A stretch of DNA of 64,000 nucleotides from Eledone cirrhosa (Eukaryota), in NCBI GenBank assembly GCA_964016885.1, contig OZ024741.1, forward strand, positions 393,762,001 to 393,826,000. Reading direction: 5' to 3'. The stretch's first letter is position 1, and the number at the start of each line of letters is the position of its first letter. The notes beneath the pieces are model-generated. The model was not told the origin of the DNA. It did no database searches and saw nothing but the letters and a program-made list of their open reading frames with translations. This document shows positions 1-12,652 of the stretch, in pieces. Position numbers and translations under genes: made by a program.

Positions 1-1680
1 CCTGCCCTGAAAGCTTTATAAAAGGTCCGTGAGTCCTTTTTATCAGCAGCTTCTTGTAGTTCGGCTGCTTTAGTCATCCACCAAACATCATTCATCTTTC
101 TAAGTGAGGATTGTACTTGCTGCTTCCAATCTTTGTAGGCCATCATTTTCGTTACTGAGTTTTTATCTCCAATCCAAATCCTGTGTAGGTTATGCATCCT
201 GCTGATAAGGTTCTGGACATCCAAGTTGCCTTCATCAAACCAGCCCTGATGTTTTCTTATAGGAAATCCTTACATTTCTACAAAGGCTGCATCAGTGGCA
301 TCTGTGAGCACTTTCCAGGAAACCTCAATGTCATCAGAAATTTGGACAGAGTTGAGGGATGAGTCAAGCTTTGCAGAAAGTTTCAGCCTCCCATTAACTG
401 AGCGCAGCTTGCCCACAAAATCTTTTAGGTGACGCCTGCATGCAAGTTGTTTGAAAGAAGCTGTTGGTGATGCTGAGATCAACATTTTTACAGCGAGAGC
501 AGCCTAAGCCCATTGGAGTTCATAGCTCCAACTCCGTTAGATCCAAGGACGTTATGCCATGTTTGAAAGTCATTTCCAACTCTAGCATTGAAATCACCCA
601 TTATGATCAGCTTGTTCTTGTTGGAAACAGAGGAGACCACTGTGTGAAACTGATCATAGAATATTTCAATCTCCTGCTCAGGTGAATATTGAGTTGGGGC
701 ATAACAACGTAGCGTAACAGAGGTGTTGTTTGCTAAATCCAATGACAGAGTCATTATGCGATCATTGACGCCTTTAGGGAATGATGTTAGGCAATGTCAG
801 ATCTGATGACAAAACCAACAGCGATTAACGGTGGTCTTCTTCACTCTTTCCAGACCAGAAAACCGAGTAGCCCTCTCCCACTTTTTCCATTTGGGACATG
901 CCAGGGAGTTGGGTCTCACTTACTACAGATATCAACACTGTATCTGTTGAGTGCATTACAGATGAGGGCTGATCTTCGTTCCAAGCTGGAGTTACTGTCT
1001 TGGAATAGTCTAACATTCCAGGAACCAAAAATTAAACATTTTTTTCCTTTTGTTTTGACTGCTTATTTGGATAACCAGACAGCTGCGGTTGACTGCCAAG
1101 TAAAAGCATTGAGTAAGCATTTGTTTAGGGCTCCTTTTATTGCGCACTCTCTTTGTAGGGAAAACAGTTCTATGTCTAAAAAGACCTGCGTTATCACCAT
1201 CAGAGGATACGGACAGCACAAGTTACTCATTCTGTGCATGAACGGCCATCACCTGATGATCGCCACAGTTTAGAGCTCCAGCTAAGGACTTCCAGTAATA
1301 CCCTTTACTTGTCCCCGTCACCTTTGCTCTCTCACCAGTGGAGTATGTGTTAGTGAACTGGTAGAGCTGTTGAGCTACCCACACAAAATAATTGTTTACA
1401 GTGGTGAAGGCTTGTGTAGCGCCAGTCACACTTACTGGAAATGTTGATAACAAAGGATTGGTGTAGAAGATTGCCACAAACCCAATGAACAATACTCCAC
1501 AGACATTGGAATTGCCGTTGACTCTTGAGTTCTTCCGTCCTTTTAAGTGAGTTTTGTTTTTCGTCCTGCAGGATGTCCAAAAATTACCCTCCTCATCAAG
1601 CAAGCTTGGTGGGGTTGCTAATTTAGTCACTGTCGGCTCCACCATGTAACAGGTTATACTGGGTTACATGTTACCAGTAG
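1..1680 (-). mobile_element. RTE-clade LINE relic: APE endonuclease region plus putative 5' UTR, frameshifted and running off the window edge
   Basis: ORF 488-754 has YAPT...FYDQ...LIIMGDFNARVG...GVGAMNSNGLRLLSL (APE motifs typical of RTE/BovB-like elements); ORF 825-1028 has SETQLPG...GYSVFWSGK. Confidence 0.85.
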
Positions 1681-1980
1681 CACACAAGAGCGCGCGCGCG
1701 CGTGTGCGTGTGCGTGTGTGTGTGTGCGTGTGTGTATGTGTCTGTATACATATATAGGGACAAACTTTTGAAAGAGTAATATCAAATACAAGTCCGTCTT
1801 CTTATCAATAGTCTGTATTGCAGTAGAAATGTATTACATAATAAATGTATTACCTAAGATGTTTTCTGAAGAAGTCGGGCTAGTGATTGCGTGGTGGTAG
1901 CAATACCTAATTAGTAACACCACAAAAATACATAGAAGAATACATATGATGTTCAGTGTTAGATCTTAATTACATCATTA

Positions 1981-2162
1981 TTGGCAGTATCGGTAGAGGG
2001 TCGGACACTATGCTTTGACGTATAGAGTTACGCCCCTTGCCATTCTGAGTTCAAATCGCGCCGAGGTTAACTTTGCCTTTCATCCTTACGGGGTCGATAA
2101 AATAAAGTACCAGTAATGTAATGGGTAATTGCTGGCCTTGTACCAAAAGTAGAAACAATTAT
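1981..2162 (+). mobile_element. tRNA-derived SINE, main family (CORE-like centre)
   Basis: A-box-like TGGCAGTATCGG, B-box-like GAGTTCAAATC, body GCCTTTCATCCTTACGGGGTCGATAAAATAAAGTACCAG; recurs more than 15 times in the window. Confidence 0.85.
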
Positions 2163-2284
2163 TTATTGATTGGAGTGATGCAAACGAAACTCCTATTAGT
2201 CAACGTTTTATAATACATATATATGTATACGTATGTGTGTGTATGTGTGTGTGAGGGATATATTATATGACGGATACTCCGTCA

Positions 2285-2440
2285 GTTTCGTGGATGAGCT
2301 ATCAGTCGTTCAATCAAATGAACGTCCAACTTGTGAATTAAACTGTAAGTATTTGGGTATTCTAGACACGTATAATTTTAAGGTAATTCTCAAACAGAAT
2401 TAGTGTGACACAATCTGTCAAGGTTAAACTTTTGAATTAT
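2285..2440 (+). mobile_element. Second dispersed SINE-like repeat family, degenerate
   Basis: Aligns by eye with minus-strand copies at about 21170-21295 and 57760-57882 (GATGAG...CGTGAAATTAACGTG core). Confidence 0.55.
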
Positions 2441-2974
2441 ATGTGCAATCCACCCAACTACCTCCACAATCTTGGGTTGACTTACAAATTTTTTCTTCAA
2501 AAGAATTTAAAACAATCTAAATAGTGTTCGGAAGGTTCCTTCTGTTGCGGGCAGTGAGGGCATCATAAATAGTTGAAGTGAAAAGAACCAAGGTTTTAAA
2601 ATTATATCATTAATATCTACAAACGTTTCTTATATAGGTAATAAGCTTGCATGTGTATGCAAACAACGAATCAATCAGTTATAATTAATTAACGATTATT
2701 CACACAATATAAAAAAAACACCTGCATTCCATCAGGACCCTTGGGAGGGATTGAATTCAACGAAAATATGTATCGAGAACATTAGCCAGTACTGAATATA
2801 GGCAAGCAATGAAAAAAGCAGACGAAATGGGCAGATGCATAATGTAATTACAGTGAAAATTATATTTTTAGGCTTCTGAGGCATAAGGCAGTGTAAATTA
2901 TTTCTCATACATACGCTTATGTAGATGACAATTTCTGTCTGTCTGTGTATAATCAGTTGGCGCCTACACCAGTG

Positions 2975-3035
2975 ATCCGATCCTGATGAAGCTTTACACA
3001 CATGTTAAGCTAATATTCAGAAACAGGTCTGGCTA
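2975..3035 (+). ncRNA. Minimal type I hammerhead-like motif in a Penelope-type terminal repeat
   Basis: CTGATGA at 2983, AGCTT/AAGCT stem, GAAACAGGTC at 3020 (one change from the minimal GAAACCGGTC); stem I pairs poorly. Confidence 0.5.
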
Positions 3036-3292
3036 ATTGGATTTCAATAAAAATCAACAGCGGAACCCCTGGAGACATCTTTACAATGGAGGAGGAAAGA
3101 GAAGACGTTTCAGTGAGAGGAGGGAAGAGGAGATACTACTACTGTATGTTAAAACCTCCCGCCCATTACTCTCCTTCCTCCTCCCACAACTCAGTCCTCC
3201 AAAACGAGGAAACAACTTATTAGAAATATACATAAAGAAATTTCAAACAAAGCAAACGACAATCTAATTTGGTTGACGACTGAACAGATGTC

Positions 3293-3331
<39 letters not shown>

Positions 3332-3365
3332 CAAACAGTTATCTCTCTACATGCCTGAATACAAT

Positions 3366-3704
3366 AAATGTAATGTGAGTTTTCCAAATATCAATAATAA
3401 TATTCGATTCGTTTGCAATTTTGCAAACAGCCTCTTTTAAGACATGTCAGTAGAATGAGCCTCGAATTCTTGCTCTTGTGTTGGCAGAAATGCGGACAAG
3501 AATCTTTCTGTGTGATTACCCTTCATCAGTGCAGTTTACTGTTCACCTGCCAACTGTCATTAGTGTCTGCAGTTCTGTTTACATGCCAACACAAGACCAA
3601 GAATGAGGGGCTCATTCTACTGACATGGCTTAAAAGAGGCTGTTTGCATAATTGCAAACGAATCGAATATTATTATTGATATTCGAAAATCTCAGATTAC
3701 ATTT
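3366..3704. repeat. Fold-back element or MITE with about 120-bp imperfect inverted arms
   Basis: 3366-3486 is the reverse complement of 3584-3704 with scattered mismatches; (TA)n tracts nearby on both sides. Confidence 0.85.
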
Positions 3705-4569
3705 TTATATATATATATCACATCCACTGATATGGATTCTGAACACGTGCACACGCTTAGGTCATATTACGGTCAACTGCAGCAATCGTTGATAAGTTAC
3801 AAAAAAGTGTGATGATCAATGACCTGGAAGTTGGCTTACCGTGAGATTAGTCCGAAGAATAAAAGCCAAATCATATGTTGACGAATATTCGTACTCCCGG
3901 CATGTTAATTGTAACATGTCGTCTTTGAGAGTAGAGTTTATTTTGTCGATATTTCGAGGTGTCGGATCGTGGGAAGATTAACACGAATTAAGAAGATGTA
4001 ACTTTTCCCCCATTATTGACACTTTGCAACAGTGAACGTTACAAGGCCCTCTTTAGGGCCAACACTTCTGATTGGTTATCCGACTTATTATGGTACGTTT
4101 TCTAAGGTTATGTCTACTATAGGGGGAAAGCGGGATTGTTTTATTGAATTGCTTCAGTCATTCGAAGGGCTTTACAAACGGTGATATACAGGGTGCTTGA
4201 ACAGTACCTGAATATGTTCACTCGGTTATAATTTCTTCAATAATTGCGATGACTTCCTCAATTGTTCTGTGTTTATTCTTGAGCGCTAAGGCAGTAAGTT
4301 TGCTATTCTTATACATAAGTTTGTTGAATAAGTTCCATACTCTTCGAGCTCAAACTTCTCCGACTTATTCACTCTGAATGAAGAAAGCTGGATGGAAGAA
4401 GAACTTATGACTTAAACAGCTATTGATAGTTCCACACAAAAAATTGATCTGCCATAAAAACACCTAGCAAAGGTTGCTATTGAAAATCCAATATGGGCAC
4501 CCAGGGTCGCTATCATTGTATCGAGTAATCACATGATTAGTGGTCTCCTCGGTCTCAGCATCGCAGTCG

Positions 4570-4601
<32 letters not shown>

Positions 4602-4884
4602 CCAGGGGGTAACGTGGAGTTACTGTAGGTTCACCCGGGTGAGTACTCGATGTTTAGGTTCCCTTCTGTGTCGAATAGTAGATATAATGTGAAAGAAATT
4701 CCCACCACCATTTAGATGCGAGTTACCAGTCAGCATAGCCATACATCTCTTCATCTCTCTTATCTTTTTGAAAATCATGAAACTTGTGTCCCTATTCTTT
4801 ATAACATACCCATACTCTATTACCTCACGTATGGAATACTCTGTTGATTAATGGTCTAACCAGTTTTAAAGTAGTTCTATCCTG

Positions 4885-4915
<31 letters not shown>

Positions 4916-4919
4916 ACAT

Positions 4920-4987
4920 CTCTGTCTGATGACCGATTCAGACGTATATTAATATTGTCTGGGATCCAGAAACCTTTGGTAATGGAG
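4920..4987 (+). ncRNA. Type I hammerhead ribozyme motif
   Basis: Stem I CTCTGT/ATGGAG (with G-U pairs), CTGATGA 4926-4932, stem II GATTCAGAC/GTCTGGGATC, GAAAC-CTTTG-GTA; predicted cleavage after 4981. Confidence 0.7.
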
Positions 4988-5018
4988 TAGTTATATTTTG
5001 TGTTGTTCACTTCCTAAT

Positions 5019-5068
<50 letters not shown>

Positions 5069-5109
5069 CGAAACATAAGTCAATTGCATGAACTCATAAT
5101 CCTTTATTT

Positions 5110-5167
5110 ACTGCTATATATATATTTCGATGATAGCCATTGAATGGCTATGACCTCATCAGGCAGT
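5110..5167 (-). ncRNA. Type I hammerhead ribozyme motif
   Basis: Minus strand reads ACTGC-CTGATGA-GGTCATAGCCAT TCA ATGGCTATCATC-GAAA-TATATATA-TA-GCAGT: perfect 5-bp stem I, intact core, palindromic (TA)n stem III. Confidence 0.75.
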
Positions 5168-5271
5168 TAGTCAGTTCTTAGATATGCCAGCTCTGTGTTT
5201 ATGGTGTTTGATGGTATCAGAGCCTTGGGACACACACATATATATATATATATATATACATATACATACAA

Positions 5272-5348
5272 ACTGTCCCCCAAAAGGTAGACACATTTCA
5301 ACAACATTCTAATAAAAGTGTGTATACATTTTTTGGGGATACCCTGTA
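5272..5348. mobile_element. Tiny Tc1/mariner-type MITE
   Basis: Imperfect TIRs (TCCCCCAAAA.../...TTTTGGGGATACCCTG-TA); related copy at 53057-53156. Confidence 0.5.
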
Positions 5349-5435
5349 TATAGTAATGTGTATATGTATGTGTTTATATTTATATGTATGAGTATATAAT
5401 GACAAACATATACATTAACAGACGCAATATACAAA

Positions 5436-5507
5436 ATAATTGTTTCTACATTTGGCACAAGGCCTGCAATTATCCTAGTGTATTACTGGTATTTTATTTT
5501 CTCGACC
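5436..5507 (-). mobile_element. SINE 3' fragment
   Basis: AATTGTTTCTAC..GGCACAAGGCC..ATTACTGGTA is the reverse of the main SINE tail. Confidence 0.7.
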
Positions 5508-5509
5508 GG

Positions 5510-5900
5510 TAGTGTTTGAGTGTATGTGTGTATGTGTAGTCCAAGGAGTCAAGCCCTTAGCAATATCAGAATAAGTTAGAATTATCAAGAATACAAAACA
5601 ACCGCAGTTGAAAGGTATATACAAATAGACATCTACCCTTAATTTAACAGTTCATACATGTGCCTAATATATTTATATTAAGACATGTATGTAATCAATT
5701 TTGAATAGGGAGTTTTTAGAACATAAACTATAAATCACGGCCTGCTTTATGTGGCTTTGAGTTGTACGAGTTTAGGTTGGTTTCAGTAATGGAGATTGCA
5801 ATTGAAGGGAAACGTCGTTTAACAAGAGAAAGACAGACCTTTTTTTTATATATTTAATACTACAATTAGTGGTTATTTTTGACGGCACGGGGCCAGCTAG
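5510..5900 (+). mobile_element. Non-autonomous Helitron fragment ending in a GC-rich subterminal motif plus CTAG
   Basis: GACGGCACGGGGCCAG-CTAG at 5881-5900; 5620-5680 matches 6645-6725 of the adjacent Helitron. Confidence 0.55.
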
Positions 5901-6003
5901 TCATATTATAGTTCTGCTTGTGTTTCGTATGTTCGTTCGTAAGTTACGCCTTAGTCAGTTACATACACACACATCTACACGTAAACACGTAGACACACAC
6001 GTA

Positions 6004-6095
<92 letters not shown>

Positions 6096-9000
6096 GATAA
6101 ATAATTATTACATCTATGTGACGACTGAGGAAGGAAGTGGGTGCTGAAACGCTATATATGTATGTTTTTGAGAATGTATGTCTGTGCGTGTTTGCGTTAG
6201 TATAAGTGTGTGAGTTTATGTGAGAGTGTATGTGTGTTTGCGCGTTTATATTCATATACTCATACACAAATCATACATATAAATGTATACATTTGCATAC
6301 ACACATACACACACACAATCGGTAATGGACCCTAGAAGGCAACGCTGTATATGTATCTATGTGATGACTAGGAAGGAAAGGGGTGGCGAAAAGCTATGTG
6401 TGTGTTTGTGTTAGTATGTGTTTGAGTGTATGTGAGAGTGTATATGTGTGTGAGCGTATGTATGTTTGCGCGTTTATATTCATATACTCATACATAATTC
6501 ATAGATAGAAACGCTGTATGTTAGATAATTATTGTGTAGATGTGTGCATGTGAGTGTATGTGTATGTCTCTTTGTGTGAATGTATGTATGTGTGTGTGTG
6601 TGTTAGTATGTGAAAGTGTATGTGTGTGTGTAAGAAGATATGTAACGACTGCAGTTGCAAAGTATATATACAAATACACATTTACCCTTAACGTAGCGTT
6701 TCATACATGTGCCTAATATATCTATATATATTTATTATTTGCACAAAGAAGCACCTTAATTCTTTCTACGCCAAGAAAGATGATTGCAAGCTATTCGAGA
6801 AAGGATGCGCAGATACAGACAGGAAGAGCGAGAAGAAATAATAGAACGAGAAAGAAGATGGCAACAACAGTTACTTGAGGGAATGAATGAAGAACAGAGG
6901 CATATCGTTTTAGAGCAAGCTAGACTAAGACGACAGAAAAGAAGAGAAAATATGTTTCAAGATAAACATCAAGAATATCTGGAGAAACAAAGACTCAAAC
7001 AATAAGAAAGAAGAGATAATATGGTCTCAAAGGATCATGCATTACATTGACAGTGTGATTGGCTTAGGAAACAAGAAAAATAATGAACGAGAACGTTATC
7101 TTGAGCAGCAGAGAGATGCACATAGACTTAGAATAGAAAACATGAATGCTAAAGAACTGCTCAATTTCAGACAGAGTAGAATGCATAATGAGCGTCGTAG
7201 GAGAAATTGCCCGGCAATTGATATTAATGGAAATGCAGAAGAATTTCATATTGGTGATATGAATGTTTCGTGTGATCATTGTGGAGCTTTGAAATTTAGA
7301 AATGAAAACTATAACTGTTGTAATAAGGGAAATTTTGTGCTGCCTCCATTGCAAATATACCCTGAATGACTGAGAAACCTCTTTGAAAGAGGCCAGGAAG
7401 CAGTTGCATTTCGCAAGAACATCCGAAATTACAACTGTGTATTTTCTTTCGCTTCATTTGGTGTTAAACTTGCCTTACCACCTGGCAGAGGCCCGTATTC
7501 TTTCGTATATCACAATGCCACACCTCTGGATTTGGGTTGCATAGTACGTTGTAGCATACAGAGGAACGTAGGACCCGCGTCCGCAATAGACTGACAATGC
7601 AGGAGTATTACAGATAGCATATAGAAGAGGATTCAGTCTGATAATTAGGACAGGCAAATTACTCCAGCAGTATGTAGTGGATGCCTATTTGAAAGTAGAG
7701 GAATACTTGAGGAACAATCAAGCCCAATTGCAGGTAGATGAGTACAATGAATTAACGGATTATTTATAGAGAGGAGCAGATAATACCACTGAGCCTGGGG
7801 TGCCAGTTATTTTGCCATCGTTTTTCACTGGTAGCCCAAGAAACATGCATCAGTACTTTCAAGATGCGATGATAATTGCTATGGCAATTGTTGCCAAATA
7901 TGGCAAGCCAGATATTTTTATAACATGCAATCCTAAATGCCCTGATATTCGAAATAATTTAAATCAAAACGGAGCAGCAGAAAACAGACCGGATTTAGTT
8001 GTTTTTAAGACTCAGTTTTCTGGAATTATGAAAGATATCAAAGAAAGACACATTCTTGGTGTGCCAGTGGCTGATATTCATGTAATTGTGTTCCCAAAAA
8101 AAGAAATAGGACTTCCTCATTGCCATATGCTGGTCATCTTAAGAAACGAAGACAAGATAAGAAACAGAGAAGACATTGACAGTATCGTGTCAGCAGAAAT
8201 ACCTGCATTGGAAGATGATCCGGTACTACATGAACAGGTTAAAAAGTTTATGATCCATGGGCCATGTGGTTCTGGAAACCCTTTCCTCCATCTATGCAAA
8301 ATAGATTTTGCTAAATGAACTATCCAAAAACCTACAGAAGAAAACATTATTGAACCTAAATGGATATCCAGAGTACAGGAGGCGCAAGACAGGAACTACA
8401 GTGAAAATCGGAGATGTTGTGCCGTTTAATGCCTTTTTGCTTAAAAACTATCGTGTATATATTAATCTGTAAAAAGCCTCAAGTAGCTGTTTAAATATAT
8501 TTACAAGGGGCATAATTGTGTGTCTACAGAAGTAACGAATAATGCATTACCCAATGATGCTCAGAACCAACACAATCATGATGAAATAAGAAACTATTTT
8601 GGTTGCAGGTATGTGTCTCCGCCAGAAGCAGTGTGACATCTCTCTGAATTTAAGCTTCATGGTACATCACATAGTGTACAGGCTAGCCTTACACCTGGAG
8701 AACAAACAGAGTTTACTTTCAAAGAGGCAATGCTCAGGTCGCGGTAGCAATGTAGGGACACCGAGACACGACCCTTACTGCTTGGTTCAAGCTAAATGAA
8801 GAAGACAAAAATACAAGCAACTACCTATATCCAGAAATTCCAGAACACTATGTGTTCAATGAAACCAACAGAAAATGGATGCCAAGAAGAAGAAACAATA
8901 ATATCATTAGTCGAATGTACACAGTCAGCCCCAGAGTTGTTGAAAAAAAATTATTTAAGAATATTGCCACTTCACATGCCAGGCGCTAAGAGTTTTGAAG

Positions 9001-10990
9001 AACTACGAACAGTGGAGGGAGAGACATTTACAGCTTTCAAAGAGGCTGCTTGTGACTTGATCTTATTGAAAATGATGATTACTTAAGCCAAGCTCTGCAG
9101 AAAGCTGCTACCCATCTCATGCCAACACAACTTCGTATGTTGTTCGCAGCTCTGTGCGTTTATTTTGTGTCAGTCAATGCACTGCAATTATGGAACTCTA
9201 ATAAGGAGTCAATGATTGAGGACTATTTACATCAAGGAATAGATGATCAGCAAGCTGAAAATATGACACTTGGTTACAGTAACGCAATATTGATTTAAAA
9301 TGGTACCAACTGCGCAAGACTTTGAGATGCTTCAACCTGATTCTCAAGGTGATATCAACTACCCCGATATTGATTCTCTTACTGAAGAGCAACACACTAT
9401 TGCTGATGCTGTTATTGATGCTGTTCAACAGAGAAGAAAAGGTGAAAGGGCTGCACATACCTGCTTCTATGCAGATGCACCTGGAGGTTGTGGCAAAACA
9501 TATCTGTTCAATACCTTGATTTTCACCTCCAGATGAATAACTATTAGGTATGTTGCCGTGCTTGGACAGGCATAGCATCTATACCCCTGTTGGGAGGTAG
9601 AACTATGCACAGTTTATTCAAACTACCTGTTCCACTAACAGAGACCAGCGTATGTAATGTGTCCGGCTCATCTGACCATGCAATTACTTACGAAACTTGG
9701 ATCTCATAATACTGGACGAGGCTTCTATGATTCCTTCCTAAGCAATTAATGCCAGTCACAAGTGTCTTCAAGACATAACTGATGTCAATGAAGTGTTTGG
9801 AATAAACATTTTGCTTTTGGGAGGTGACTTCAGGCAACTGCTGCCAATATTACCTAGGATTACTCGTGAAGCCACATTAGAAATATGTCCTAAAACCTCC
9901 CATCTGTGGCACTTCTTTCAATATTTTAGATTAAGCAATAATGTCAAAGAGAGTTTGTGAAGTGACTGCTACATCTTTGTAATGAGACAACACCTCCAAT
10001 TGGAGGACAATATGAATGAAGATGATGTTGAAGTGCCTCCATTATCATGTGTAAATGACTGCTTAGTGAAACACATTTTCAGCGATACAACGCAACAAAA
10101 GAAAAGAACGCGAGTGATTTTATCTCAGAAGAATGCTGATTGCCTATTAATCAATGAAGAGGTTCTCAGACAACTCCATGGTAACAGCCATACTTATTAC
10201 AGTACAGATCATATGCTTGCTGATGAGCCTACAGAGGCAGACAGATATTCTACTGAATGTTGAACTCGCTTACACCTTCCGGGATGCCGCCTCACAACCT
10301 CCTATTAAAAGCAGGATCAATAATAATGGTTCTACGGAATATTTCAACCCAGAATGGATTATGCAATGGCAGAAGATTAGAAGTAGTGGGACTGCATCAA
10401 TATTTTATCGAATATTCTCATGGCAATGGTCCTTTGATCCCAAGACTGAAGTTAGCTCCCAGTGATACCAACATCCCTTTTACTTTAGAAAGAACCCAGT
10501 TTCCAGTAAGTTTGTTATATGCTATGGCAATCAGCAAGAGCCAGGGTCAAACATATGATAAAGTGGCTCTGCTCCTTCCTGAACCAGTATTTATCCGTGG
10601 ACAATTGTATGTCGCTTTTTCAAGAGTTCGCAGAGAGTCAGATATAAAAATTAAAGTATTGAACACTGATAAGGAAGGGTGGCGAGATAATAAAACTACG
10701 AGAAAGAACATTGTATGCAAACACCTATTAAGATAATTCTGAGTCAAGTTGTAAGTTGCAATAGAATTGAAACTAATCCTGCAAATAAAAAGATTGTGTA
10801 TATTCTCTATATTTGTATATAATGTAATGTAATTATGAAAAAAATATTGCGTAATGAGGAATATGCAATTATATATTAATCTTGCAGCTTCAATAGAATT
10901 AAATACTAAAGAATGATATGTGGATTAAGTATTGTATAGATTGTTATTGCATATTTATGTATCATGTATTGCACAAGCAACAATAAGGTT
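5901..10990 (+). mobile_element. Helitron 1: near full-length Rep-Pif1 helicase coding region, pseudogenised
   Basis: CDHCGALKF..CC zinc motif; VILPSFFTGSPR, GKPDIFITCNP, GLPHCH (HUH); Walker A APGGCGKT; GGDFRQ; KSQGQT; GQLYVAFSRV; many stops and frameshifts; 3' end not located. Confidence 0.93.
6005..6090. repeat. (CA)n microsatellite
   Basis: Direct reading. Confidence 0.95.
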
Positions 10991-11214
10991 TATATGCAAT
11001 AGAAATGTAAATCATCCTTTCTTTTTAAATAGCTCTTCTTAATTTTGTCGTCTGTGGAATTTCCACAGGTCCCGATAGTAATAGTAAAAGTAATAATAAT
11101 GTTATCAGAGTTAGGCGCTGGCCGGAGTGGAAGCATGCGTAAACGAGGATATAGTGTATAAAACATATACACATGTAAGCTCATGTGCGTTTGCATGTAT
11201 GCGAGCAACTGAAT

Positions 11215-11470
11215 ACTTACACATATATATACTCGCTTTAGCTAAAATCTCCCAGTGTAACCTATATCGGATGTGATTATCTTTTAAATTCCAGATATAG
11301 GCTGACAGTGAAGTCATATTCCTTCCTAAAGAGCTACGAAATAAATGAGAGTGCATATACAGATGCTGCTTAAATCTATTGACAGTTAACCCTATGTAAG
11401 CCTTACTAGTTGTGGGTGTGTTAACCTTACATTTGAAAAAACTATACTGCTTGATAGGCATTTCCCCACT
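11215..11470 (-). mobile_element. Penelope-like element GIY-YIG endonuclease fragment
   Basis: ORF 11111-11512: CKV...KAYIGLTVNRFKQHL..H..F....TSLSAYIWNLKD...WEIL. Confidence 0.85.
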
Positions 11471-11519
11471 CCTGACCTCGCACACATTTCCAAAACTCCT
11501 AACTTCACACACAACATGA

Positions 11520-11627
11520 CTACATCTAACTTAGCGAAAATACCTAGCAGTAGTAATATAAATAATCCAGAAGTTAGTACTAGCTGTAATTGTAGGAATA
11601 GGGACCCCTGCCTTCTAGCGGGGAAAA
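11520..11627 (+). mobile_element. Penelope-like RT-endonuclease linker fragment
   Basis: TGTAATTGTAGGAATAGGGACCCCTGCCTTCTAGCGGGG translates to CNCRNRDPCLLAG, the Cys motif that precedes GIY-YIG. Confidence 0.7.
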
Positions 11628-11639
11628 AATAGAACGGAT

Positions 11640-12615
11640 TAAGAAGACAAATAATATCAACTCATGGAAGACAGCAATAAATACCAGAGTGTAATGTTCG
11701 TCAATACAACCCCCGAGGCAAACTAGCATACAGATTTAGAAGGGCTCTAGACAAACAAAAATTAAATATTAAGTAGTCGAAAGACCAGGTATTTCTATAA
11801 AAGCCCTAATTAGTAAAACATATCCGTTTCAAAGGACCCCACTGCACTGATAGGAAATGCATAATCTGCAAGTTAAACACACAAACTAACTGTAAAACTA
11901 GAAACGTAGAATATAGCATAAGATGTACTGAGGGACCGTGTAGGAATAAGATAACAGCATACATAGGTGAGACAGACTAGCTTAGGAGAAAGGAGAAATG
12001 AACATTGGTGAGGACTTCAAGATGGGAAAAACTCATCAGTACTCCACCAACATGCCAACATGGAACACAGGGGCACACTAGAGAACATAGAGATAAAAAT
12101 TATATCCACACAAAGAAATGCTCCGACAGATTACGGAGGCGACAAACATAAACGAACATAAATTAAACAGAAAACATGAGTGGAATAGTAACAACATCAC
12201 AACTAGTAATTAAGGACAAGATGAAGACATACAGACACACAAAAACCAAACTAACAAAACAAATCAGACACACACAGATAGAACAAATAACCAGCTAGTG
12301 ACAAATAAATAAACACATTAAATAAATACATAAAAACACATACACACCCGGATGTAACGCATGCGCAAACCAAGCACACAGCACACAATACAAAAAACAA
12401 GATGGTATAGAATAGAACAAAGAAGAGACACAAAATAAAAACCCAGTCACTGAGGAGGTCACAGAATGTGTGACGAAAGAGCTTTGACAATATATAATCA
12501 ACCATCCGGTTATTGAACAAACCAACCAACCAACCAACCACCGGAAATTTATAACAAATTGAAGTGAAACCCAACAGGTGCGTATGTTTTTATTGGCAGC
12601 ATGACCCTCCCAAAG

Positions 12616-12620
<5 letters not shown>
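11640..12620 (+). mobile_element. Second Penelope-like element: degenerate GIY-YIG region plus terminal repeat ending in (TA)n
   Basis: By-eye translation CIICK..NCKTRNVEYSIRC..C....AYIGET...EH...SVLHQH; terminal repeat recurs at 31790-31990 and 32510-32655. Confidence 0.75.
12446..12488 (+). ncRNA. Minimal type I hammerhead ribozyme motif
   Basis: GTCA-CTGAGGA-G-GTCACA GAATG TGTGAC-GAAA-GAGC-TT-TGAC: stem I GTCA/TGAC, 6-bp stem II, minimal stem III. Confidence 0.7.

Positions 12621-12652
<32 letters not shown>

Noticed and set aside
1981-2060. tRNA gene
   Set aside because: A/B boxes belong to the SINE head; no cloverleaf evident
3730-4570. Higher-complexity segment between (TA)n tracts
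   Set aside because: No ORF or motif I could recognise; probably an unidentified TE fragment
6124-6156. CTGAGGA...GAAAC hammerhead-like spacing
   Set aside because: No stem II or stem I pairing; the duplicate near 6365 does not conserve the boxes
5869-6267. HT/CV-repeat ORFs here and at 18063-18605, 48508-49043 and 50397-50876
   Set aside because: Microsatellite translations, not genes
10220-10245. CTGATGA-GCCT/AGGC hairpin
   Set aside because: No GAAA box, and it lies inside Helitron helicase coding sequence
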